From positions 2,418,001 through 2,482,000 of the forward strand of contig NC_088855.1 of assembly GCF_963853765.1 (NCBI RefSeq): DNA of 64,000 nucleotides, written 5' to 3'. Below, piece after piece: positions 1 through 11,068 of this stretch (its first letter is position 1; each line of letters opens with the position of its first letter). The position numbers and the translations under genes are program-made. The notes under the pieces were generated by a model, which saw only the letters and a list, made by a program, of their open reading frames with translations, did not search any database and had not been told where the DNA came from. Origin of the DNA: Magallana gigas (lineage: Eukaryota).

Positions 1-3000
1 TCCTCCCGCGCCTAGGATAGAGAGATAGAAATTGATCTATAAAATTATATTACATTCAAATTTACCGTTGGTTAAAAACAGTGCCAGCACTGATCAAATG
101 CACTTACAAGCTTCTCAGCCTCCAGGGCCTCGATCTGTTCTTGGAGACGCAGTTCATCCTGTCGATGGCGCTAGAAATCAAGATAATACCTCAATTAATT
201 TTTGCAGAATATATTATAGATACTTGAAAACAATTTACTTGTACGATTTCCCGCGGAAATGACGTGGTGCGTACCTCGTTGTACTCTTCCTGTAGACGCC
301 GGAGAGTTTCCTCGTCCGCCATCTTCTTCTGCACCTCTTCCTGTTCCCGTTTCTTCTTCTCCCGCCGTTTGGCCTGCCTCTGTTTGGACTGATGTTTGTG
401 GTAGTGGAAATCCGGGTCCTCGCACTTACCGATGGCCAGGTTTAAAGCTACGACAACAGCAAACGTATACTTTATTCTTTATTGGCTAAAGGAGCGATGT
501 GGCTCATAGATAAACATATCACAGATATATATATACTTACAATAAAAATTGAGAATTCTACATGATACCGGAATATATCAAATTAGCTAACTACATGTAC
601 TAATATATATAAATGATATATATACAATCCAAAATGAGTAAAGTTAATCCACACAAGTAATAAATAATACAAAATAACAGAAAGCCGATTCAAAACTCTA
701 CCGGTTCCATTATAATCTTCAGGAGTAAACTCTACCGGTTTCATTATAATCTTCAGGAGTGTTCTCCTGAAGATTATAATGAAACCGGTAGAGTTTTGAA
801 TCGGCTTTCTGTTATTTTTTATTATATATATAGATTTTTTGTAGTAGTAAGGTTTTAAGTATTTTTCTCGAATATTCAAAATTGCAGGGCAAAACAAGAC
901 GAAATTTGCCTTTGATCTCTTGAGAATTGCACAATGTGCATTTACAGTCACTTCTAGACAGGATGGTCGGATTTTTACCTTCCGTTTTCAACGTTTAATA
1001 ATTGTGTTGAAATTCTATATTTAAATGATAAAGACTTTCCTTTATGCAACAACCGTTTCAAAACCGTTTCAAAAGATATTTTTGTAAACACAATTTATCA
1101 GCTATTTCCTGATAAACAATACATTTCGAAGAATTTTCAAAAACACTATACATTAACCATGTAGTATAAACGCGTCCGTAAGGCGATGTTTAACTGTTAG
1201 AACAAAGTATTAAACAATTGCTTTTTTATATTTAACTGTTCATTATGAATACTGAAAATGCCAAAACAAAGCTGTAGAATTTCCCTGTAAATCTTAATCA
1301 GATATTAGGTAATTTCTGTTAATATTTTTAGGCTATGCATACTGTATATATGAGCACATCCTCATAAACAAATGGAATCAATTAGAATCCAAATTTTCTA
1401 ACAATTGACAAACAACCTTTTTTTCCGTAAACAACGATCATACCCCCCCTTCCCCCCCCAAACACTTTAGTGATTTAATTTGTAGGACGTGCACTGACCT
1501 GAGACCCACTCGGCGCGTGTTCGACTGTCGGCGGCGCTACACTCGTACGGCTTGGAGCTGGTGTGGATGATGAAGCGGTTGGGCTTGGTTACACCCTTGT
1601 CCGATACAACCTACAGATCACAGAACATGTAGGTAGGTCAAACACAGCCATCATTAGTGCAACAGGGAATTCTTAATTTAACTTAACATGTTAACTTATC
1701 GCTACTAAAAATAAAGTAGGAGAATAAAATAAAAGAGCGCCCAATCTCATAAAGATTCCTATCAAACTGGTCTAAGATGATGACAATGTTGGTCAACACC
1801 ATCAGCCCCCCCCCCCCGCCCCGTCGGTCGGTAGTGACGGACGTCAGTCAGCCTCACCTCTATCCTGCAGTCCTTTACGATGTTAATACAGCCCTTCAGT
1901 TCCTTCTCTTGCATGTTCGTGTAGTACTTAAGGCAGTTCTTCCTCAGGACAAACCAGCGGTCCTTCCAATGTTTCACCTGGTAGCCCCTCTTACAGAGCA
2001 TGCCCTGTTCAATGATAAATAAGGCTGAGGTCAGCAAATACAAAGCCGCTCTTTTTTCTCACTAGATACCTAGATAATGTTTGGTCACTTTTTTTTATAA
2101 ACAGACATAAATAACATATTTATACACGAAAAGAAATTTACTCAAATAATATTTATCAATCTGATTTTCAAAATTGATTACTCGACATTTTCATGTACAA
2201 TAACAATGCAATAGTTAGTATGTACCTTTTGAAAAATATCGTTGATATAAAGCTCAAAGACTTTGGTAAGGTAATATTCAAAATCGCTATCTCCTAATTG
2301 GGAACCGAATAGACCAATGAACATATCCTTAAACTCGACAAATCTTAAATTCCCTGAGGCCGCTTCTAATTCTTGGATCTTGTCTTCGAGTACTGTCAGA
2401 CCGGATATTGACACAAAAGACCGGAACAAGATGGCCATTTCCTCTCGATCGATTTCCGGGGGTCCAATTGGAACACCGTTTTCATTGTCTTCTGACAACA
2501 AAATAAAAATCATCCACATCTTGAAAAGATTTTGTTCACTTGTTTTGTAGAGATTGAAGTCCGATTTTGTGAAGTGATGGTCATGATAGATATTCCAACA
2601 CAGTCGGTACAGTTCATACGGGTCCTCCACACTGTCGGTAGGGGGCGCATTTCTGATGACTTGTAAAAGTTCATGGTCGATGATATCACAAAATAGAGGA
2701 AAGTCTATGTTTGTTCGCCCTTCAATATTCAGAAGCTCTTCTGATTTTTGAAATCCCAAAACTCTCCCAAGACTTGATATCAATACCTGAAATATTGATA
2801 TCAATTATTAAAACAAAAATGTCAGTGGCAGACTTTCTTCATGCAATTGTCATTTAAAGTTAATTTTAAATTTTCTGTGTTACTGTAAATACAAATTAAA
2901 ACGCCTTTTTGCCTCAACAAGACGAATTCGATTAAATCTCGGAAATGGAGATGTTTCTCACAAATCAAAATGCATATTTTAATGTATTTGTATTATGTTT

Positions 3001-4392
3001 TTAACATTGAAACTATTTACACTTTATTCTATAAAAATTTACACACATTATTAATTAGCAATTTTATGGAATGTGACCCAATTATTATATAGGATGTTAT
3101 CAACAAAGCTCAAATGTCTCATAAAACATGCAGGTTTTTTTTAAGCCAAATCGTGGATCGGCTCTTTATTTTTGAAGTGGTTGACATGGTGATTGTATCC
3201 GTGTAGCGGTGCTTCAGATTATGTCAATGCCCGAGGACTACTCCAATCTTAATCTTGACAACATTTCCTGTTTTCAATGGCTGCACATTTAATATCACAG
3301 GTGGGTTTTATTTCTCAACAGACTGTGAATTTCCTCAAAAATAAGGAAATTAAACATGTCATATAAAAATTCGCTGACAAAGATAGGGATTTATAGTTCA
3401 GAGGATATTTTATCAAGTAGTCAAGTTATGAGGCTAATACCCAATCTTAATAGTATTTTGATTTTGTATAATACCCGCTTTTTTGAATTTGAACAAGCCC
3501 CGACCAAAATTATCACATCAGAATACTCTAATAACTATGTATTCCTTATTCATTAAATATGAATAGTCAGTGCGGAATAAACATATCTTACAATTAGAAT
3601 CTTTGCAGTTTAATGATATTCCACTACCCATGTCAAGACACATTTTGATGCAAAGAAGACTGACCGAGTAGAATGGCCGAGTGTCCGATGAACCAATACA
3701 ATCGAGTTCACATGAAACGTCTTTGTATACATTATAATTCTAGCATCAATAAGAAAGTAACAAACCTATGTAACAGCATCACTCCTGTAAAAATATTCAG
3801 AATTTAACACCACAACCATTAAACCCATTACCTGGAGCAAGTCTATGTCACAGTCAACATCATCCGAGTAATGTCCTGTAGAACCGAGTACGACTGTTTA
3901 ACAACAATAACATTACCTGAAGCACCGAATTTGAGTAACTCCGGTAACATCCTCCATCTTAATTAGAGTCTAGACTGTTCAACTCTTATATTACCTATAT
4001 AGAAAGTACACAGTGACTATGTAACTCACTCGTCAAGCTGCCTGTAGAATCGAGTGCACCTTTGTAACTCATCCTTTTTAACCCAAAATCGAGAACGACC
4101 TACATCACTTGTAGATTTGTAACTTATCCATTCTGACTCGAGTCAGAACGAATGCGACCTACAAACCTGTAGAACCGAGTAAACCTGTTACCTGTGTATC
4201 TCATCCTCACTGAACCGAGTACGACTTGCATTACCCGTAGAATCGAGTACACCTATATGTCTCTACAGTACTGTTTACCTTCAGTGTGGATATGTGCGCG
4301 GTGCCGTCGTGCGAGTCCACCAGTGTGTTGAAGGTGTACCATAGCAGCTTGTTGACCTCTGTGGCGGATCTAAGTACAAACTCTCCCACCAT
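1..4392 (-). CDS. SWAP70/DEF6-like protein (EF-hand-like N-terminus, PH domain, coiled coil); 3' part lies beyond the left edge of the window
   Basis: Exons with GT-AG ends and continuous frame: 4392-4279 (MVGEFVLRSATEVNKLLWYTFNTLVDSHDGTAHISTLK), 2786-2226, 2004-1858 (GMLCKRGYQVKHWKDRWFVLRKNCLKYY, PH), 1610-1499 (NRFIIHTSSKPYECSAADSRTRAEWVS), 447-275 (charged coiled coil), 170-108, 11-<1. Motif order matches SWAP70 (LW.AF..LD, LKVL, W.IF..LSED, PH, coiled coil). Confidence 0.85.
671..817. repeat. Near-perfect intronic inverted repeat with a tandem duplication of part of the left arm
   Basis: aaaataacagaaagccgattcaaaactctaccggttccattataatcttcaggag pairs with ctcctgaagattataatgaaaccggtagagttttgaatcggctttctgttatttt; a second aaactctaccggtttcattataatcttcaggag lies between them. 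Confidence 0.9.
3656..4260. repeat. Degenerate tandem repeat in the SWAP70-like first coding intron
   Basis: Recurrent cctgtagaa(c/t)cgagta and accgagta motifs at irregular spacing. Confidence 0.6.
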
Positions 4393-5339
4393 TTTGTCGC
4401 TTGAAGCTAATGATAGATGCTTAGTGAGTCTTTTGTTTTTTAACATTTTGTCTGACAGCCCCCTGGAAAACAAAAAACGAGAAATTGTTTTCATAACACA
4501 AAAGATTATGTTTGACATGATTTCTTTATCATTTTTCAAAGCTGTATAATTATTGATCCGCCTCTTCAATAATAAACATTGGAGTAACTTCCCTTGGCTC
4601 CGCTCGAACATGTGCTCTCTTCTAACAGAACTGTCTATTTTCTATCAATCGCAAAGAAAGGTCACATTCTTCACAAAGGTAAAAAATTTACATGCATTGG
4701 ATTCTTAATCAACGAACTGTTTCTAATCTAAACCTCGTAACAAACGAACTTTTATCTTTTGTCACACAGGTAACACCAAGCATTAACCAGCTGTTAACGG
4801 CTACTTATTTAGGCGGATCAAAGGTATAAATTCCTGGTGGATTAAAGTTACTCAATAAAGGTAATCTCATAACTCGAAATAATAAACAAAGGAACCGTCT
4901 GACAGCAGGCGAATAATTGACATAGACATGGGCGTGCTTATACATGACGTACATAGTAAATAAATATATCTGATTACATAGACCTGTAAATATATTCACT
5001 TTATAATACTGCCGTAAGAGTTCCTTCTAAGCTACTGATACAAAAAATTAGATGACAATTTTAACTGAGCTGACAACACTTCAAAATTAGAAGTACTCAC
5101 GGGCGTAAATGGACACACAGTTAAAACGATTTCCACTAGTAAACTAAGTATCCGTTCATGAGTATTTCCTGTTTGGGTCCTTACAATAGAAGCCAGTCAA
5201 CACTCGCTGGTAAAATAAAACCTTATCTGTTTATGAACTTCCTCTTTCCCACCTAATGCCGACTGTAAGCTGTATAACCCCACCTGGTTAATTCGACCTC
5301 CGAATCACAGTGTCGCCATTTTTTACCATTCACTTTTAA

Positions 5340-5790
5340 ACCTTACCTTTGTGAGATGAAATTAAGCATGGCGTAGTGTGTCTAATTCGCAAGCCAGCCG
5401 TTAAGAAAGATTTATTAAAAGGCACCGTAACATCAAGTCACTGGTCCGACGAACGCAAATACTTACCGGGCGGATGTTACAACAAGGCTTACGACATCTT
5501 GTTATTTTGAATCATCGAAAAGTTTATCCACTAAAAATATCTGTATTTTCACACAATCAAGTCCGTACCACGATGTCATTGAATGCGTCAAAGCAGACGC
5601 ACGCGCTATTTATTAATGGCCCCAGGTGATGGAATCCCGCCACACTGTCAAACATCGCTGCATCTATTTACGACTATAATTTATTTGTTAAAAGGTTATT
5701 TCTCCGTACAGTTCTCGATTCAGGTCATGGCCCATTCAATCTTTTTTATTTTATTTCAGATGATGTTTCCATTTCAAGTATAGGTACGAA
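5340..5790. promoter_or_regulatory. Probable shared bidirectional promoter and 5'UTR exons of the SWAP70-like gene and ETFBKMT
   Basis: CpG-richer segment between divergent genes; minus-strand donors (gtaagt near 5467, gtaagg near 5346) and a plus-strand polypyrimidine-ttcag acceptor just before the ETFBKMT ATG. Confidence 0.5.
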
Positions 5791-7200
5791 ATGCCGATAG
5801 TTTTTACACCTTTACGCTTGAGGTGCTCGTCGGTGGAACTTAATTCCGCCCGAAGATGGTTCTGTTCAGTTTCAAGTAACTCTGAGCAGCTAAGACAGCT
5901 CATTCGAACACACACGGAAGTCACGAGAGATCACATGACACCGGAGATCCAGCTTCACCTAATTACCCCGAGATGTAGCCTCTGGTCAGCCAAAGGAGAT
6001 GACGCACCTTTTACTGACCCCTTCTGGGCATTTTATTGGCCCGGAGGACAGGTGCTATCCAGGTATAAATGACTATCGATGTTTGTCTAACACAGTCAGG
6101 TAAATTTTCCTCAATATTGTCACCTTACCTTCCTCCTTATTATATACCTCACCAATAGGACATATCAAAAAGTGTTCAACATTATCAAAGCCGAACCAGG
6201 AAGTAGAACACAGCATAACATTGCTCCAATTTCGATAACATGCAATTTCTAATACATATGTTCTATACAAATACCAATCATACATTCATGTACGAAAAAA
6301 AATACTAGTTAAACATCAATTTTGATTTGTAAGCAGATATTAGTAACACAAATATTGTTCACTTTGATTGGAGTCTATAGATTACGATCTCGCCTTACTT
6401 ACGTACCATGTTGAGCGAGAGCAGCCCCTTCATGCTGTGTAGATGAGTAATCCGGAGTCTCGTGATTTATAGGTTCGTCCTGGACAGACCACGATTGTTT
6501 CACAACAAGAAGGTCCTCGACGTTGGGAGTGGATGCGGGGCTTCCGCTATCGCCAGCAAGCTGTCAGGGGCGCACACTGTCTGCGCTAACGATACAGACC
6601 CGGGTACATATATAAAATGCATCTAAATTATACTTCCTCATCTAACATAATTTTTCGTTGAATCCATAAAAATCTTGATTGGGTAATTGTCGAGGGTCAA
6701 TATTTCCCGCTATCATATTGACATATGTTATATGACAGCCGATGATAACACTTTAAAACTATTTTTGAACTTTAAATGATTCCGCGATTTATTCATCTTT
6801 TTTCATAAAGTGTCGGTATGAAGTTGACTTACAATATATACGGTAATTTTTTTTTATTTCAGTAGCCTTGGAGGCAATCAAAATGAACTGTGAACTGAAC
6901 GGAGTCTACTTAGATACGTCATCTGATGACGTCATCGGTAGCAAAATTGGTGACTGGGACGTTGTATTTTTGGGTGACATGTTCTATGACTCGGATTTCG
7001 CGGACTTATTCAGCCAATGGCTCCCCTGGCTGTCACGGAGCGGTGTGAATATATATGTGGGGGACCCCGGTCGTCTGCCGTTGGTCAATCATCCATTAAA
7101 AAGGAATCTGGTCAGCCTCTTCCGGTGTCCACTTCCGGAAAACTGTCTCCGAGAGAACAGTGGGATGTCTACGGGCACCGTGTGGAAACACACCGGATAG
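5791..7200 (+). CDS. ETFBKMT: Electron transfer flavoprotein beta subunit lysine methyltransferase (METTL20)
   Basis: Exons 5791-6062, 6473-6603 and 6863-7200 splice in frame; motifs TPEIQLHLITP, DPFWAFYWPGGQVLSRFVLD, VLDVGSGCGA (SAM-binding), NDTDP, GDMFYD, VGDPGR. Confidence 0.92.
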
Positions 7201-7745
7201 AACACACAGTGAAATACACCGAATAGTGACATACACATGATAGTACACACAGTGAAATACACCGGATAGTACACACAGTGAAATACACCGGATAGTACAC
7301 ACAGTGAAATATGCCGGATAGTACACACAGTGAAATACACCAAATAGTACACACAGTGAAATACACCGAATAGTACACACAGTGAAATACACCGGATAGT
7401 ACACACAGTGAAATACACCGGATAGTACACACAGGGAAATACACCGGATAGTACACACAGTGAAATACACCGGATAGTACACACAGTGAAATACACCGGA
7501 TAGTACACACAGGGAAATACACCAGATAGTACACACAGTTAAATACACCGGATAGTACACACAGTGAAATGCATCGGATTGTACTTACAGTGAAATATGC
7601 CGGATAGTACACACAGTGAAATACACCGAATAGTACACACAGTGAAATACACCAGATAGTACACAGTGAAAAACACCGGATAGTACACACAGTGAAATAC
7701 ACAGGATAGTACACACAGTGAAATACACAGGATAGTACACACAGT
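7182..7745 (+). repeat. 26-bp minisatellite (about 21 copies)
   Basis: Unit gtgaaatacaccggatagtacacaca repeated head-to-tail, beginning inside the last ETFBKMT codons. Confidence 0.95.
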
Positions 7746-9413
7746 TATAGTTTGAATTAGTTTATTTTATGCTATGTCTCAAATTTTTTTGATGTGACCC
7801 ATACTTGTTTTACTTTTAAATGAAACATTAAATGTATGTCTATTTGTATGCAAAGTTTTGAAAAGATGACTTCACTATATTTTTTTTTAATTGCGTGATA
7901 ATTTGATTACTCCAAAATTGTGTAACATCTGTTGTTGTGTTCATTATGTACTGGCCTTTGAAGCCACCAGTGTGGCAAGAACTTTTAAACTTTGACTTAG
8001 ATTTTACTTTTATAGTCACTACATGTGTTCAATTAACTGCATACTGTATTAAAATCATAACTAAATAATTTTTCAAATTATAAATATTTGTTTGATTTCT
8101 TCAAATAATCAATTTCCATGTCAAATTTTAGCAAAATTTCAGGAAAATTATCATTTCTGTTTGGGGCGCCCGGCCCGGCCGTATATTTCCAAAAAATGGC
8201 ATTTGACATGTGTCACAAATAAAATAAATGAACAGTCTAGGTCCCCATCTTTAAATTCAAGTGGTTTTCGGATGATTGACGTTACTTTTATTTCAGGTGC
8301 CTACACCCTTAAATCAAACGGACAATGATATTAGTAAGTTGCATTGCAAGTGCAAATGCATACGTTTGGGATTTTTTTTTTTATCATTTTTTGTTGTTGC
8401 TATTTTTGCACAGAGAAAACCATGGATACCCCTTTTTTCAATTCTATTTCGTAAATAAAAATAAATCTGGGTGAGACTCTTTTTTTTTAATTTTTGATAT
8501 GCAAAATATTTCAGAGATTATGTAACTAACATATATACATATATATTACAGCTGTAATTTGATTATGTATCAAAACTCTGTTTTTGTTCTTTCCTTGGAT
8601 AATATTTTACAATATGAAATGAATACCGGTATATACATATAAACATGTACACACTTCCGTTTATCCACATTATTTCAGGTTGATTCATCGCTAAAAATGA
8701 TGACTGAAATAACAAAATAAATAAATAAATAAAACCACAAGAAAAAAAAACAGTCAACGAGAAGTATAGAAAGGGGATCCAATTGCACATTCTTTTCGCA
8801 CTAGTAACATGTAGCATACTAAAACTTTAAATCACATACACTTGGAACTATGTGATGTACATGCGCAGTCGCCAATTATGGAGAAATTTATATGCTTTCG
8901 TTTGAAAATATGAAAGAAATTGGGATAAAGGAAAAGAGGGACAAGAAAATATATTCTTAGGGTGAATTTGCCCTCCATGTTAATAAAGAGACACACCTAG
9001 CCACTTTGATTTTATGCTGTATTCGAACGTGTCATTTAAAATCAGAATTTTGAAATAAATCATTGATAAGTTAAGCATTACACAACCTGGTTAAATATTA
9101 TGTATTTGATATAACAACACAGGCCACAACAGATCTAATAATGAGTAGATTTTTGTTCATTTATTTTAATATTTTTAAACAATTTTTATATACAGTTCAA
9201 AATACATGTATGTTATTGACAACTTGAACAGTACAAAAGTGCTGAAAACGTACAATGTAACCAGTCGTCTCTTGAAATAATAAAATATAACATAGTCAAT
9301 TCGTCACATATGCTATTGTACACATATAACTCAGTTATACGTGTATACTACTTGAAAAAAGTACACAGTGTCAATGATAAAGAAATGAAAGATACACATT
9401 CTTGAAAAAAATT

Positions 9414-9445
<32 letters not shown>

Positions 9446-9799
9446 GGGGTATTTATAATATTACCTACTAAGTCTTATAAGTATAATTAGTATGTCATAA
9501 TAATAAGTCACATATTTTTGATCATTTCCAATATTCTAAAACATTGTAACAACAATATTAGAAATCCCATGAAACATACATTAAAATTAATGTTTTCTAC
9601 AAGTATTTAAACACCACAGATAGAGGCTGGGTGTATTTTTACAGGATTAAGATGTACCGCATCGAAACAAAACTTGTATAATGAATTAGGTTAGGTACAA
9701 AACACTCGAGTTCAAACTACTGAGTAGGTTATGACTGGACTTGGTTCACAAGTTTCACATATTTCAATTTTTTAACCTTATGCAGTGATAATTTGTACC

Positions 9800-10400
9800 A
9801 TAACGAATCAACAGAATATAGCATAAGTTACAGCTTTTCTGGCTGATCAGTTTCAGAGAAGCTCCCATGTAAAAATTTAACCCTCACTGTGGCCCCACCC
9901 AAACCCCGGGGATCATGATTTGAACAAATTTAAATTTTCACTACCTGTGGATGCTTCCACACAAGTTACAACTTCTGTGGCTGATCAGTTTCAGAGAAGA
10001 AGATTTTTAAAGATTTACTCTATATATTACTATGTAAATTTGACCACCTCATTGCGACCCAACCCTACCCCTGGGGATCATGATTTGAACAAACCTCAAT
10101 CTACACTACCTGACGATGCTTCCACATAAGTTTCAGCTTTTCTGTTCAAATAGTTTTTGAGAAGATTTTAAAATACCAACAAATTTTTATTGATATTTTA
10201 ATTATCTCCCCTTGAAAGAGGATGTGACCCTTCATTTTAACAAATTTGAATCATCTTCGCCTAAGGATGCTTTGTGCCAACTTTCGTTGAAATCGACCTG
10301 TTGTTCTGGACAAGAAGTCCAAAATGTAAAAGGTTTACAGACAGACAGACGGACGTACATACGGACGCCGACAAAATGTGATCAGCTCAGGTGAGCTAAA
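9800..10400 (+). mobile_element. HINE/Helentron-type (pearl-like) non-autonomous element, 5' truncated, with tandem core repeats
   Basis: Core repeated about twice (ggggatcatgatttgaacaaa...gatgcttccaca..aagtt); acag/acgg tetranucleotide tract near 10337; terminal hairpin agctcaggtgagct followed by an A-run. This layout is the one described for oyster pearl/HINE elements. Confidence 0.75.
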
Positions 10401-10907
10401 AAAATATATATATATATAAAATGTTTGTATTTTAGGATGATATTTACTCAGAATGAAAAAATACTCCATTGATGATGATGAAAAACCATCTATTGTATGT
10501 TAAAGACCTTTAATTGTAGTGTTATTTATAAATGTAAATGGCCAGCAATTGGATATTTTGTGAAAAATCAAGAAAAATTCCATAAAATTTTACACTACGA
10601 ATGAGATTTTCTTAATTGTGAAAATATTACAAAATATTTACATTCCAAATATTTTTTGCATGTAAAGTGTGTGAAAAGACACTGTAACACACACTGGGTA
10701 CTCAAAGGTTAGAATGACTAGTTTTATTATGACGTCACAAACGTTGAACGCTGTAAAATGCAACGTCACAATCGAGAATCAAAGTTCACGCTTTTGGCTG
10801 TTACAATGGCTCTTCAATTAATTTGAACTTACCCTAAGGATAAAACAGACGTTTTGACGTATAAATCACATTTGCAGACAAGGCAAGAAGTTAAAAAAAT
10901 GTAAATA

Positions 10908-11068
10908 TAAGCATTGAATCATTATTTTTTGAAAGATATAGTCTCATAACTGCAGCGGTGTGTGCATACAAATTTTCATAACGCTCTAGCGCGCGTTACT
11001 CAATTTGTATGCATACACCGCTGCAGTTATGAGACTATATCTTTCAAAAAATAATGATTCAATGCTTA
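10908..11068. repeat. About 67-bp-arm near-perfect hairpin with a CG-rich inner mini-stem
   Basis: taagcattgaatcattattttttgaaagatatagtctcataactgcagcggtgtgtgcatacaaatt versus its reverse complement ending at 11068, one mismatch seen; centre taacgc...gcgtta. Confidence 0.92.

Noticed and set aside
5459-5470. atacttacc resembling the U1 snRNA 5' end
   Set aside because: No further U1 sequence follows; it is better explained as a minus-strand gtaagtat splice donor.
7089-7742. Several long Cys/Val/Tyr-rich minus-strand ORFs
   Set aside because: They are translations of the 26-bp minisatellite, which lacks stops in those frames; no splice or homology support.
7182-7745. CRISPR-like array (also considered for 30520-31070 and 14305-14475)
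   Set aside because: Units are head-to-tail without unique spacers, the context is eukaryotic, and there are no cas genes.
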